Positions 1-10,214 of a DNA stretch of 64,000 bases are shown here, piece after piece; positions within the stretch are counted from its first letter, which is position 1; every line of letters begins with the position of its first letter. Position numbers and translations under genes: made by a program. The notes beneath the pieces are model-generated. The model was given only the letters and a program-made list of their open reading frames with translations. It made no database searches and was not told the origin of the DNA. Origin of the DNA: an uncultured Chloroflexia bacterium (lineage in GTDB: Bacteria; Chloroflexota; Limnocylindria; Limnocylindrales; CSP1-4); contig CAVVHT010000009.1 in the NCBI GenBank assembly GCA_963748235.1, positions 599,237-663,236 on the forward strand, given 5' to 3'.

Positions 1-67
1 GACCGGCCGCGTCGAGCTGACCGTCGCGATGGGCGATCTCTAAGGAAGATCGGAGCCGGCCGAGCCG

Positions 68-2485
68 CTAACGGTGGCGGCGGCCTCCGGATCGGCGCGA
101 GGGCCGCTCACCGGTGCGCTTCACGACGTTAGGAGTGACGCGCTGATCCCACGTGGGTCGGTCGAGCCAGCGCGCCATCCACCCCGCGTCGTCGCCGTCG
201 TGCTCGTCACGGATGCCGGGTAGCCAATCGGCGGCTGTTCCCTCTTGTCCCAATTCGGGGTGGCCGTCCAGGTTGTCGAGCGGCTCCTCGTCGGCCGGCA
301 GGACGGTGACCGACGTAACCTCAAGGCCCTCCCCCGCGACGATCGCGCGACGGCCGCGGCGATTGCCCGAGCGCATCGCCGCCGCGCGCTCCGTGGGCTT
401 CGCCGTCGGTGTTTCCAACAGCTGATCGGCACTGGCCGCAGCGTTCTCCGCTGCTCGCGCGACCGTGACCGAAGCGTCCTGTTCTAGGACACGTAGCCGA
501 ATCTGCTGGATCTCGTCGCGCAGGGCGGCGGCGCGCTCGAACTCCATCTCGCGCGCCGCGCCACGCATCTCCGCCTCCATTTGGGCGACGACCTTGGCGA
601 TCTCCTCGCGCGACATGTCGGTCAGCTCGCGGGCTCGCCCACCGGACCCGTATGCGCCTGACGCCTCGGCCACGGCGCGCAACCGATCGTTGATGTCGCG
701 AATGCCCTTGACGATCGTCTGCGGAACGATGCCGTGCTCGACGTTGTACGCCTCTTGCGCGGTGCGCCGGCGGGCCGTCTCGTCGATCGCGACCTGCATC
801 GACTCGGTGATGCGATCGGCGTACATGACCACTTCGCCCTCGACGTTGCGCGCTGCGCGGCCGGTGACCTGGATGAGAGCCCATGCCGAGCGGAGGAATC
901 CCTCCTTGTCGGCGTCGAGGATCGCCACCAGGGTGACCTCGGGCAGGTCGATCCCCTCGCGCAGCAGGTTGATGCCGACAACGACGTCGTAGACCCCCAA
1001 ACGCAGGTCGCGCAGAATCTGGACACGCTCGAGCGTGTCGACCTCCGAATGCAGATAGGCGACCTTGACGCCCATCTCGTGCAGGTAGTCAGCCAGGTCC
1101 TCGGCCATCTTCTTGGTCAGGGTGGTGGCGATCACCCGCTCGCCTCGCTCGACGCGGTCGCGGATGCGGTCGATCAGGTCGTCGATTTGCCCCTCGGTTG
1201 GGTGGATGGTGATCTGCGGGTCGAGAATGCCGGTCGGCCTGATCAGTTGCTGGACGATCTGCTCGGAGCGCTGCAGCTCGTACGGTCCCGGCGTCGCCGA
1301 CATGTAAATGACCTGATTGAGGTGGTCTTGGAACTCCTCGAAGGTCAGCGGACGATTGTCGAGCGCCGACGGCAGCCGGAAGCCGAAATCGACCAGGATC
1401 TCCTTGCGCGTGCGGTCGTTCTTGTACATGCCGACTGTCTGCGGGATGGTCATGTGCGACTCGTCGACGACGAGCAGCCAGTCGGGCGGGAAGTAGTCGA
1501 GCAGGGTCCACGGCCGCGAACCGGCCTCGCGCCGTGACAGGTGGCGCGAGTAGTTCTCGATGCCCGAGCAGAAGCCAAGCTCGCGCATCATCTCCAGGTC
1601 GAACGTCGTCCGCTGGCGAAGCCGCTCGGCCTCGAGCTCCATGCCGCGTTGACGAAGCTCCTCCACGCGGACCTCCATCTCCTTGTCGATGTCGACGATG
1701 GCCGCCTTGAGCTTCTCGGCGGGCGTGACGTAATGCGACGCGGGATAGACGTTGAGCTCGTTGCGCTCGGCCAGGACCTCGCCTGTCAACGGGTCGACCT
1801 CGGTGATCTTCTCGACCTCGTCGCCGAAGAACTGGACGCGCACCACGAAGTCGTCGTACGCCGGCTGCAGCTCGAGCGTGTCGCCACGCACGCGGAAGCG
1901 GGCGCGCGACAAGGCGGCGTCGTTGCGCTGGTACTGCAGGTCGACCAGCTGGCGCAGCACGCCGTCGCGCCGGTAACGCCCGCCGACGCGAAGCCGCGTC
2001 ACGGTCGCGCCATAGTCGACAGGTGCGCCGAGGCCGTAGATGCACGAGACGCTGGCGACGATGATCGTGTCGCGCCGCTCGAACAGCGCTCGCGTCGCCG
2101 CGTGGCGCAGCTTGTCGATCTCGTCGTTGCGCGACGAGTCCTTCTCGATATACGTGTCCGAGCGCGGCAGGTACGCCTCGGGCTGGTAGTAATCGAAGTA
2201 CGAGACGAAGTACTCGACCGCGTTGTCCGGGAAGAACTCGCGCATCTCGGAGTACAGCTGCGCGGCAAGGGTCTTGTTGTGAGCCATCAGCAGCGTCGGG
2301 CGGTTGTGGCGCTCGATGACCTGGGCGATGGTGTAGCTCTTGCCGCTTCCGGTGACACCGAGCAGGACCTGATCCTTCAGGCCACGCCCCAGACCATCGA
2401 CCAGCTTCTCGATCGCCTGAGGCTGGTCGCCGGTCGGCTGGAAGGGCGCTTCGAGCCGAAAGTCGGGCATCTCCCGACTGTACAT
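68..2485 (-). CDS. uvrB: Excinuclease ABC subunit B (UvrB), with a ~136-aa C-terminal extension after the UVR domain
   Basis: Intact 805-aa ORF. N-terminus has [24 protein letters not shown] and the Walker [11 protein letters not shown], followed by helicase motifs and the UVR motif [16 protein letters not shown]. The start may be the second ATG at 2470 (MPDFRL...). Confidence 0.95.
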   Translation of the reverse strand: MYSREMPDFRLEAPFQPTGDQPQAIEKLVDGLGRGLKDQVLLGVTGSGKSYTIAQVIERHNRPTLLMAHNKTLAAQLYSEMREFFPDNAVEYFVSYFDYYQPEAYLPRSDTYIEKDSSRNDEIDKLRHAATRALFERRDTIIVASVSCIYGLGAPVDYGATVTRLRVGGRYRRDGVLRQLVDLQYQRNDAALSRARFRVRGDTLELQPAYDDFVVRVQFFGDEVEKITEVDPLTGEVLAERNELNVYPASHYVTPAEKLKAAIVDIDKEMEVRVEELRQRGMELEAERLRQRTTFDLEMMRELGFCSGIENYSRHLSRREAGSRPWTLLDYFPPDWLLVVDESHMTIPQTVGMYKNDRTRKEILVDFGFRLPSALDNRPLTFEEFQDHLNQVIYMSATPGPYELQRSEQIVQQLIRPTGILDPQITIHPTEGQIDDLIDRIRDRVERGERVIATTLTKKMAEDLADYLHEMGVKVAYLHSEVDTLERVQILRDLRLGVYDVVVGINLLREGIDLPEVTLVAILDADKEGFLRSAWALIQVTGRAARNVEGEVVMYADRITESMQVAIDETARRRTAQEAYNVEHGIVPQTIVKGIRDINDRLRAVAEASGAYGSGGRARELTDMSREEIAKVVAQMEAEMRGAAREMEFERAAALRDEIQQIRLRVLEQDASVTVARAAENAAASADQLLETPTAKPTERAAAMRSGNRRGRRAIVAGEGLEVTSVTVLPADEEPLDNLDGHPELGQEGTAADWLPGIRDEHDGDDAGWMARWLDRPTWDQRVTPNVVKRTGERPSRRSGGRRHR

Positions 2486-2492
2486 CGGGCAG

Positions 2493-2529
2493 CGAAATGA
2501 AGCGGGCGGGCCCCGAAGGGCCCGCCCGC
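2493..2529 (-). terminator. Rho-independent-type terminator between cpaB and uvrB
   Basis: Perfect 12-bp GC stem GCGGGCGGGCCC / GGGCCCGCCCGC (2502-2513 / 2518-2529) with loop CGAA. On the minus strand it is followed by TTCATTTCG. Confidence 0.6.
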
Positions 2530-2554
2530 ATGTAACTCCCTTACAGAGCGATCG

Positions 2555-3520
2555 CTATCGCCGCGTCGCCTCAGGCGTGGCATCGGGCGACTCGTCGGGA
2601 CTTGGAGTCGCGTCGGGATCCGGTGTCGGCGTCGGCTGGACTGAGCCGCCCGGCAGCGGTGACGCGCCCGGTGTGACGGGTAGGCCGAGCAACTGCGACA
2701 GGTCGATCAGCTGCGGCACTGGATAGAGGTATTGCATGACCAGTCGATCGGTCGTCTCGCCGAACTCGAACGAGTCGGCGATGCGAGTGTCTTCAGCCGG
2801 TCGGAGGGCCATGCTGAACGAGTCGGGTGCGACCTGAACGACGTGGGCGATCTCTTCGGCCTGGTGAAGATCGACCTTCAGGATGTACATGCCACCGTCG
2901 ATGTCGGTCTTCAGGACTTCGACGTCCTGGAAGGTGATCTTGGTCGACTTGCCACCCTGGAGCCCGTCCTCGGTGGCCGTTTCGACCGACTGATAGTTGC
3001 CTTCGGGATCGACCGCCAGAACCTCGATGTCCACGCTGACGAACAGGTCAACGTGATCTCCGGCGGCGATCTCGCCACCCACCGCACGATCGGGCGGTAC
3101 CGAGACGGCGACTGCGCGCCAATAGGGCGACAGCTCCTCGACCACTTCGTCCGGCCCGAGGATGCTGAAGTCAGCGTCCGCCGTGGTCGTGGCAAAGAGG
3201 TTGGGTGTTACCTGCTGGTCGGCATAGACCGGAACAGCGGTCACGCGGCCGACTACCTGGCCGGACTCGCGATATGCCTGGGTAAGCGCCTCGTCGATCG
3301 GCACCGAGCGCACGGTCACGTCGTCGATCGTGATCGGGGTTCGGGCGGGAATGTCACGTGCCGCGACGAGCACGCTTTCCATGATCACATCGGCCTGAGC
3401 GGCATTGCCGTTCGTGGCCAGCGTGTATGCGCCCCAGCCCGCGCCGACGGCGAGTGCCAGTCCTAGCACGATCAATACCACGCGGCGCCGACGGCCGGTG
3501 TCCTTGAACTCCATCTCCAT
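2555..3520 (-). CDS. cpaB: Flp pilus assembly protein CpaB/RcpC-like (SAF domain) with a Pro/Thr/Asp-rich C-terminal tail
   Basis: One N-terminal TM (VVLIVLGLALAVGAGWGAY), then a SAF-like segment VLVAARDIPARTPITIDDVTVRSVP...GQVVGRVTAVPVYADQQV. The start is uncertain: ATG at 3520 or 3514, or GTG at 3571. Confidence 0.8.
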   Translation of the reverse strand: MEMEFKDTGRRRRVVLIVLGLALAVGAGWGAYTLATNGNAAQADVIMESVLVAARDIPARTPITIDDVTVRSVPIDEALTQAYRESGQVVGRVTAVPVYADQQVTPNLFATTTADADFSILGPDEVVEELSPYWRAVAVSVPPDRAVGGEIAAGDHVDLFVSVDIEVLAVDPEGNYQSVETATEDGLQGGKSTKITFQDVEVLKTDIDGGMYILKVDLHQAEEIAHVVQVAPDSFSMALRPAEDTRIADSFEFGETTDRLVMQYLYPVPQLIDLSQLLGLPVTPGASPLPGGSVQPTPTPDPDATPSPDESPDATPEATRR

Positions 3521-3672
3521 TTCCCGGGCCGAGCCTCCAAAACGATGTGACGGGGAGTTGTTCGGGCGCACCGTACGGGCGGGTGTGACGTCCGGTAAGG
3601 GACCCGGCCGGCCGGTCGGTTCAGTACGAAGAGGCTACGAGCAGGGCGGTTTTGTGCCGCGCTCGGCGTCGC

Positions 3673-4822
3673 CTACTGGACGAGCTGGATGCCGAAGCTC
3701 GGCTCCTCGACGCAGTCGGTGTCCGCATCCTCGTCGCAGGGCTCCCATTCGCCCACGCGGCCTTCAGTGATGTAGCGCACGAACCAGCCTTTGAAGCAGC
3801 TCGTGCCGCCGTTGCCGCCGATATACGGCTGACCCGGGAGCAGAGTTGCATGGACCGGTGTCATCGCCCGAGGTGTACGCCTCCTTCAGCAGGAAGTGGG
3901 CGAAGCGCGGGATGTGGTACCAGATGTTGTCGCCGTCGCCGGCGTCGGTGCAGTCGGCCGGCAGACCGGTCGTGGGCACATCGCGACACGTGGCGTCGAA
4001 CATCGGCACGACGATGACCGTGTCCTGGTACGTGTTCATCGCGTTCTCGACGTTGTTCACGTTACCCGACTCGGTATGCAGCCAGGTAGGAATGTCGAAG
4101 GCGCCATGGCACGGATTGAGGATCACGCTGGCCAGATTGTTACCGCAGTCGAAATCGAGCCAGCCGACGCCGCCGGGCCCGTTCTTGCACAGCGGCACGA
4201 TCGACATGTATTCGCCCGACGAATCATTGAGGGCGGTCGAGAGCGTGGTCAGCGGCCAGTCAACGGTCAAGCGCAGGGGCCGGCTGGAACCGTCGCAGCT
4301 GGTGATCGGGATTGAGAACGTAACCGGCATCACGCCGCAGCCGTCGTTGGCGGCACAGGTACTGCGCAGCCCGCCGGCGAGTGCGGTGGCCTCCGCTCCG
4401 GCCGTCCACGTGTTCTGGCCGGCGATGCCGGCGAGGAATGTGTCGAACGTTCGCTGACCGGTCGCCTTGATGCCGTCCGCTTCGCTGGGGATGCTCCCAC
4501 CGCGGCCGACCGTGCCGACGACCGTTTGGTCGAATGCCACGTAATGGGACGTGCCCATCATCGTCTGACCGTTGCTCGAGAACGACTGCGACATCGCGGT
4601 GACGACGTCGGCGTCGACACGCGAGTCGCCGCTCATCTTCTCGGCAATGACGAGTGCACCGGCGAGAGCGGCGGCGTCAGTAGCGTTCTGCGTCCCACGC
4701 TGCTGTGCCATCGCGTTGCCGCCGTCGATGACCATCGCGGCGCCGGCGAGCACAACGGTCAGGCTGATCGCCATGATCACGAGCGCCTGGCCACGCTCGC
4801 CATCACGTCTTGTCAAGGACAT
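3673..4822 (-). CDS. tadG: TadG-like (Tad/Flp pilus-associated, pilin-like N-terminus) protein; frameshifted near the C-terminus as sequenced
   Basis: Starts MSLTRRDGERGQALVIMAISLTVVLAGAAMVIDGGNAM (TadG/TadE-type N-terminus). The main ORF stops at 3764. Deleting one G of the GGG at 3836-3838 joins it to the protein-like ORF 3673-3864 (...PGQPYIGGNGGTSCFKGWFVRYITEGRVGEWEPCDED...). Confidence 0.75.
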
Positions 4823-5307
4823 GTCGTCTTGGTCCCTTCTGGGCATACGTACTCGATCGGCTCGATGCTGGTCGAGGAAAGTGATATGGAGCTCATGAAC
4901 ATGCTCAAGATCGGCGTCATGGGGGCATAGGTCAGGTGTGCGCGGACGATGGCCAGGCAGCCGATCACGCGCGTTGACTCCGGGCAGTCGTCGCTGCTGC
5001 TGAGGCAGCCTGTCTGACTCGAGTCTGCGCTCTTGAAGCACACGTCCACGTTGCTCGTCGATAGGCCGAGGGAAGCCGCAGCGGCGATGGCCTTCGTTCT
5101 GACCCGGTCAGGGTTCTGGTCAACCATCGCGACGCGGCTGCCCGAACGTGCTGCCTGCGACAGCGTGTTGTAGCTGAACACCGCACGGCCCAGATCGAGC
5201 AGGCCGAGGATCACGACGAGGATGATCGGCATGATCATCGCGAACTCGACGAGCGCCTGCCCACGGCTTCGCTCGCGCCGAGCGGACGACGAGCGCATTG
5301 CGGTCAT
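4813..5307 (-). CDS. tadE: TadE-like pseudopilin
   Basis: MTAMRSSSARRERSRGQALVEFAMIMPIILVVILGLLDLGRAVF is a TadE-family N-terminus. Its ATG overlaps the upstream gene's stop (ATGA), and its stop overlaps the tadG-like start. Confidence 0.85.
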   Translation of the reverse strand: MTAMRSSSARRERSRGQALVEFAMIMPIILVVILGLLDLGRAVFSYNTLSQAARSGSRVAMVDQNPDRVRTKAIAAAASLGLSTSNVDVCFKSADSSQTGCLSSSDDCPESTRVIGCLAIVRAHLTYAPMTPILSMFMSSISLSSTSIEPIEYVCPEGTKTTCP

Positions 5308-6475
5308 GGCCCGACCTGGACCGTGGCGTTCGCGCAGCCACCGGGCGGGTTGACGATACCGCCGGCGAGCGACTGGTAGCCGATCTTGTAGTTGCCGGTG
5401 CCCGGCAGGTAGGTCATGTTCGTAGAGGTGAAGCCGGCGAATATCCACGCCGACGCGGCCGAGCTCTTGCGAACTCCCGAGAACGCCGGGACCTTGCAGC
5501 CGACGAGGACGTAGCTCGAGCGACTCGCCGTGACCGTGTCGACCGTCAGGGAGACGGAATACGTGCCACGCGTCTGTGTAGCTGTGGGTCACGGTTCCCG
5601 AGCACGCGCTGGCCGTGTTGCCGTCGCCGAAGTCCCACAGACAGTTGCCCTGTGCACCCGGTGGTCGTGTTGCTGAACGCAACGGTTAGCGTGGGGATGC
5701 CGACGATCAGGTTTTCGTCGACCGACCCCGGCGGACCGCCGCCGGTGCCGTCCTGACTGGTCGGCGTCCCATAGAAGCTGACGACCGGCGGTTGAGCCGT
5801 CGGGGCAGCCGTGGGTGCAACGGGTGTCGGGGTTGCCGCAGGATCTGGCGTTATCGCAGGGTCCTGAGTGGGTGTTGGAGCGGCCGTCGGCACTGGTGTC
5901 GGCGTCGGTGTCGGCGCCGCCGTTGGCATCGGCGTATCGGTCGGAAATGGCGTCGGGACATTGCCACCGACGGTTGCGCTGCCGATCGATCCGGCCCGAA
6001 TGGCAAAGGTTGCCGACGTCGTTACCGACACGTTGCCGGCACCGTCGCCGATGACATTCGAGATCAGCGGCGTCAACAAACGGAAGTTGCAGGCCAGGTC
6101 GACACGGACGCGCTTGCCCACGCCGTACGAGTCGCCCGAGTCGGGGAATACCGGCGCCGGAAGAGTGCTCGGCAAGGTGCAATTGATGCCCCGCGCGTCC
6201 TTGGCCATCAGCTCGCGATAGCGGGCCTGGAGGGAGCTGATGCCGCTCCCCTCCCACGCGTCCGGGTTCTGAGCGGCGAAGTTTGCGCCAACTCGGGCGA
6301 CGTTGTTGAGGCTGACCCAGCCGAGATAGACCCGTCCTAGGTCGACGGCCATGACCAGGATCATCAGCAGGATCGGGATGAAAATGGCGAACTCAACGAG
6401 GCTCTGGCCACGCGCTCGTCGAGCGGCGCGGACCAAGAGCCCCCTGCGCCTGGCTGAGGATCTCCTGTAGGTCAA
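5304..6475 (-). CDS. TadE-like pseudopilin fused to a PT-rich linker, a PKD domain and a PASTA-like C-terminal module; two frameshifts as sequenced
   Basis: N-terminus RGQSLVEFAIFIPILLMILVMAVDLGRVYL (TadE). The linker is TPMPTAAPTPTPTPVPTAAPTPTQDP... My three-frame translation reconstructs a PKD motif: TVAFSNTTTG / AQGNCLWDFGDGNTASACSGTVTHSYT / QTRGTYSVSLTVD. This is followed by CKVPAFSGVRKSSAASAWIFAGFTSTNMTYLPGTGNYKIGYQSL...VQVGP and a stop at 5304-5306. Frame switches are near 5650 and 5575. The TTG start near 6475 is uncertain. Confidence 0.7.
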
Positions 6476-6606
6476 TCCAGTTCCTGCGTTTAACGCTGCG
6501 CGAATCACCGGACAGGGCCGGTGTGCTTCGCTCAGTGAAGCGTGGCCAGAGCCACCTGACGGTTCATCGAAAGTCCGGTGCGCGGGCACGAAAGTCCCGC
6601 CCTGTT

Positions 6607-7287
6607 TCAGTCGAGATCGAGCAGCAGCGGGGCCAGCGCGTCGGCCAGGGCGTCTTCTACCCGAAGTCGGGTTTCGTCGAGCGAGCCGTCGGTTGGCAGC
6701 CGGCGCACGGGTGGTCCGTCGGCCAGAGCAGCGGCCAGCCGCTCACCCAGGTTGGCGCCCTGAGTGCTGAGGCGACGCTCGATGTCATCTTTGTCAGCGC
6801 CGCGGCCGGTGAGCCGCTCACGCTGGGTCGACGGGTGGCACTCGACCAGCCATACCTCATCGCAGCGCTCGGCCAGGCCGCCCTCGACGAGCTTGATCGC
6901 TTCGACAATAACGACTGGCGCTTCGGCGGCCTGGGCCGCGGAGAGCTCAGCCTCGACCAGACGCCGAACCTCGGGATGGACGATCGCCTCCAGGTCGCGT
7001 AGCGCGGACTCGTCCTCGAAGACGACCGCTGCGAGCGCGGCGCGGTCCAACGTGCCCTGTGGTGCGAACACCTCGTCGCCGAAACGTTCTCGGATCGCCG
7101 GCAGCGTCGCGCGTCCCGGCTCGGTGGCTTGTCGAGCGAGCACGTCGGCGTCGATGACCGTGCCACCAAGGTCGCCGAGCATCCGAGCGACGGTCGACTT
7201 GCCACAACCGATCGGTCCTGTCAGGCCGATCATGAATGGACGTGGGGCGGCAGACGCGGCGCCTGGATCCGTGCGGACTCCATCCAT
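6607..7287 (-). CDS. coaE: Dephospho-CoA kinase
   Basis: P-loop IGLTGPIGCGKSTVARML, followed by VIDADVLAR. The ATG at 7287 overlaps the ABC-F stop (TGATG). Confidence 0.9.
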   Translation of the reverse strand: MDGVRTDPGAASAAPRPFMIGLTGPIGCGKSTVARMLGDLGGTVIDADVLARQATEPGRATLPAIRERFGDEVFAPQGTLDRAALAAVVFEDESALRDLEAIVHPEVRRLVEAELSAAQAAEAPVVIVEAIKLVEGGLAERCDEVWLVECHPSTQRERLTGRGADKDDIERRLSTQGANLGERLAAALADGPPVRRLPTDGSLDETRLRVEDALADALAPLLLDLD

Positions 7288-9263
7288 CAGCGCGGCGCCT
7301 GCTCGGCCAGCGTTAGCCACGCGTCCTCGGCCTGGGCAAGAGCGGCATCGACGTCGGCCAGCTCACTCGAGACGCGTCGCAGCTCGACGAAGTTGGCCTG
7401 GATCGTCGGGTCGCCGAGAGCCAGCTCCAGCTGTGTCTTGCGCAACCCGAGACGCGTCAGGTCGTCCTCGACGACCTGACGGCGGCGGCGATATGCATCC
7501 TTAGACAGCGCTTGGACCGCTGGCCGGCGCCCCTTCTTCGGCGGCGCCGGTGGTTGCGCGACCGCCTTAGTGGGTCTCGGGTCGAAATCAGGTAGCGAGA
7601 CGTTGAGCGCCGACTCGACTGTCCAGCCCGCTGCCTGCGCCGCCCGCCACGCCGCGAAGCCGCCATCGAAACGAGCCACCCGCGCCGGGGTCCCGGCGCG
7701 CGCCGTTTCGACGACCCACAGCTCGGTGCAGACGGCGTCGAGTAGCCGCCGGTCGTGTGACACGACGATCACCGTACCCGCAGCCTCGCGCAGGAACGAC
7801 TCGAGAGCCTCACGCGCCGGGATGTCGAGATGGTTCGTGGGCTCGTCGAGCAGCAGCAGATTTGCCGCCTGCAGACCCACGAGGGCAAGTTCCAGGCGTG
7901 ACCGCTCGCCGCCCGAAAGGCTGGCGACCGGCTTGAATGCGTCGTCGCCGCGGAACAGAAAGCGCGCCAGGTACGAGCGTGCCGGTCCGTCGTCGAGACC
8001 ACTGCCCGTCGCCAGCGCCTCAAGCACGGTTGTGCCGGGCATCGGCATCCGCCGAATCTGCGCCAGGTATCCGACCTGAACCTTCTGTCCGAGAACCAGC
8101 CGACCGTCGATCGGGGCCAGGTCGCCAGCCATCGTGCGCATCAGCGTCGTCTTGCCCGAGCCGTTGGGTCCGACGAGGCCAATCCGTGTACCGCGGCGCG
8201 CCTCGAGCCGTTCGACCCGCACGACCGGCTTTGAGTCATAACCGGCCGCCAGGCCCTCCAGGCCGACAACTACTTCACCAGAACGTGCGGGTGCTCTGGC
8301 ACCGCCGTTGAGCAGGCCGCCGAGAGTGAGCACTCCGGAACGATGCTTGGTGGGGGTCTCGCTGGCCTGCGCCTGGAACGCCTCAAGCCTGCGCTCGTGT
8401 TCATGCATCTTCGAGTACTTGCGATGGCTTCGGTAACGCTGGACGAGCTCCTTCTCGCGTTCGATCTGCTCCTTGAGCGTGTCCGTGTCCTTGCGAGCCC
8501 GCGCGTCGCGCTCTTCGCGCTGGGTGAGGAACGCCCCGTAGTTGCCACGGAAAGCAGTCAGACGCCGATCACGCAGCTCCCACACGCGGCCAACCACCGC
8601 GTCGAGAAACGCCCGGTCATGCGATGCGACCAAGAGCGCCCCGTCGCGTTCGGAAAGAGAGGTTTCGAGCCACTCGATGGCGCCGACGTCGAGGTGGTTG
8701 GTCGGCTCGTCGAGCATGAGCAGATCCAGCTCGGCGACGAGCAGACGCGCCAGGGCCGCTCGTGTCTGCTGGCCACCCGAAAGCTCACTGACCGGACGGT
8801 TCCAGTCGACGCGGTCGAATCCCAGGCCGGACAGTGTCGAGTCAACGCGAACGTCGAGCGAGTAGCCGCCGCGAGCGTCGAACGAGTCGCGAAGTGAGGC
8901 GTACTCATCTGATTCCACGCCCTTTGCCCCGGCATGCTCGAGCTCGGCGAGCCTGCGCTCGACCTGCTCGAGCGGTCCGGCTCCAGAGCGGACAGCCGAG
9001 CGCAGGGTTGGAGCCAGGGTGAACGCCGGATCGAGGTTGGCCTCCTGGGCGAGCAACCCGACCGCCAGGTCCTTTCGGCGCGTGACGTGCCCCGAATCAG
9101 GCTGCTCCTGGCCGGCGGCGATACGCAGAAGCGTCGTCTTGCCTGCCCCGTTGGCGCCGACGAGGCCGACCTTCTCGCCGTGCGCGATGGCACCGGTGAC
9201 CGAATCGAGGATCACCAGTGTGCCGATCTCGCGGCGCACCGCCGAAAGCCTGAGGATTGCCAT
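7287..9263 (-). CDS. ABC-F family ATPase (two NBDs, no TM domain)
   Basis: Two Walker A motifs ([28 protein letters not shown]), two LSGG signatures (LSGGQQTR, LSGGERSR) and a C-terminal coiled-coil-like tail. The start is taken at MAILRLSAV (9263). Confidence 0.9.
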   Translation of the reverse strand: MAILRLSAVRREIGTLVILDSVTGAIAHGEKVGLVGANGAGKTTLLRIAAGQEQPDSGHVTRRKDLAVGLLAQEANLDPAFTLAPTLRSAVRSGAGPLEQVERRLAELEHAGAKGVESDEYASLRDSFDARGGYSLDVRVDSTLSGLGFDRVDWNRPVSELSGGQQTRAALARLLVAELDLLMLDEPTNHLDVGAIEWLETSLSERDGALLVASHDRAFLDAVVGRVWELRDRRLTAFRGNYGAFLTQREERDARARKDTDTLKEQIEREKELVQRYRSHRKYSKMHEHERRLEAFQAQASETPTKHRSGVLTLGGLLNGGARAPARSGEVVVGLEGLAAGYDSKPVVRVERLEARRGTRIGLVGPNGSGKTTLMRTMAGDLAPIDGRLVLGQKVQVGYLAQIRRMPMPGTTVLEALATGSGLDDGPARSYLARFLFRGDDAFKPVASLSGGERSRLELALVGLQAANLLLLDEPTNHLDIPAREALESFLREAAGTVIVVSHDRRLLDAVCTELWVVETARAGTPARVARFDGGFAAWRAAQAAGWTVESALNVSLPDFDPRPTKAVAQPPAPPKKGRRPAVQALSKDAYRRRRQVVEDDLTRLGLRKTQLELALGDPTIQANFVELRRVSSELADVDAALAQAEDAWLTLAEQAPR

Positions 9264-9285
9264 TTTCTGCTTCGCTGACCTTGGT

Positions 9286-10209
9286 CTAACGCACGCCGGC
9301 CAGCAGCAGCCGCACGGAAGCGCTGCGCTCGCGCTGCGGCAGGCGCTGGCACCACGAGCAGAAGTGCGTGCTCCGGGCACCCATGACCATTCGCCGCGTT
9401 GGCCTGCCGCAGCGCGGACACGGCTTGCCGGTGCGGCCGTACACGTTCAGGAAGTTCTGCATGTCGCCGCGGCCCTCTGGCGCGCGGTAGTCGTCGACCG
9501 ACGAGCCGCGGCGCTCGATCGCCTCGCCGAGCACGTCGCGCAGCGACGTGTACAGCGCCCGCTCCTGGTACGGCTGAAGTCCCGCAGCGCTGCGCAACGG
9601 GTGGAGGCGGGCACGCCAGAGTGCCTCGTCGGCGTAGATGTTGCCCACACCGGCGAGGAAGCCCTGGTCCATCAGCAGCGTCTTTAAACGAGCCCGCCGC
9701 GCACGGAGGCGCCGGCGAAAATCGCCCAGTGAGAAGGCATCGTCGAGTGGCTCGGGGCCGAACGCGTCGAACAGGCTGCCGACGTCGCCGGCGCCGAGCA
9801 CCGAACCTGCCTCGTCGCGGCGATACAGCCCAACTCGCCCGAACTTGCGCGTGTCGCGCATGCGCAGCTCTTTCCCATCGTCGAGCCAAAAGCGAACGTG
9901 GACATGCTTGTCGTGTGGCGTCTGGGGGTCGACCACGTCGAGCTGGCCGGTCATCTTGACCTGGATCGCCAGTACCGCATCGTCGCCAACTGAGTCAGCG
10001 CCCTGGCGGCCGGTCAACGACACGACCAGCCACTTCGCGCGCCGGTCGATGGCCAGCATCAGGCGGCCGCCGATCTGCTCGACGAATTCGTCGGGCGTGG
10101 GGTGCTTGACCTGGCGCGGCCAATCGAGCCAGGCAGCTGTGATTGTTCGACCGACGATAAGCGGGCGCAGCTCGCGCGCGATCGTCTCGACCTCCGGTAA
10201 CTCGGGCAT
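9286..10209 (-). CDS. mutM: Formamidopyrimidine-DNA glycosylase (Fpg/MutM)
   Basis: N-terminal MPELPEVET, an H2TH region and a C-terminal zinc finger CPRCG...CSWCQ. Confidence 0.93.
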   Translation of the reverse strand: MPELPEVETIARELRPLIVGRTITAAWLDWPRQVKHPTPDEFVEQIGGRLMLAIDRRAKWLVVSLTGRQGADSVGDDAVLAIQVKMTGQLDVVDPQTPHDKHVHVRFWLDDGKELRMRDTRKFGRVGLYRRDEAGSVLGAGDVGSLFDAFGPEPLDDAFSLGDFRRRLRARRARLKTLLMDQGFLAGVGNIYADEALWRARLHPLRSAAGLQPYQERALYTSLRDVLGEAIERRGSSVDDYRAPEGRGDMQNFLNVYGRTGKPCPRCGRPTRRMVMGARSTHFCSWCQRLPQRERSASVRLLLAGVR

Positions 10210-10214
10210 GGAAC

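Noticed and set aside
1-43. The 3' end of a plus-strand ORF (...TGRVELTVAMGDL, stop at 41-43) at the window edge.
   Set aside because: Only 14 codons are visible, so neither coding status nor function can be supported.
1089-2531. A 480-aa alternative-frame ORF inside uvrB, plus many similar ORFs (e.g. 321-884, 734-1537, 1541-2500, 17035-18114, 17514-18713, 36718-37815, 58929-59768).
   Set aside because: They overlap intact conserved genes in other frames or on the other strand. Their composition is dominated by Arg, Ala, Pro and Gly. None has a family signature.
5780-5960. Repetitive ACC/CCG/GCC-rich DNA (also at 53440-53720 and 2570-2660) that could be mistaken for a tandem-repeat or CRISPR-like array.
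   Set aside because: The repeats are imperfect and lie in frame inside coding sequence. They encode Pro/Thr(/Glu/Ala) linkers of exported proteins. There is no regular repeat-spacer structure.
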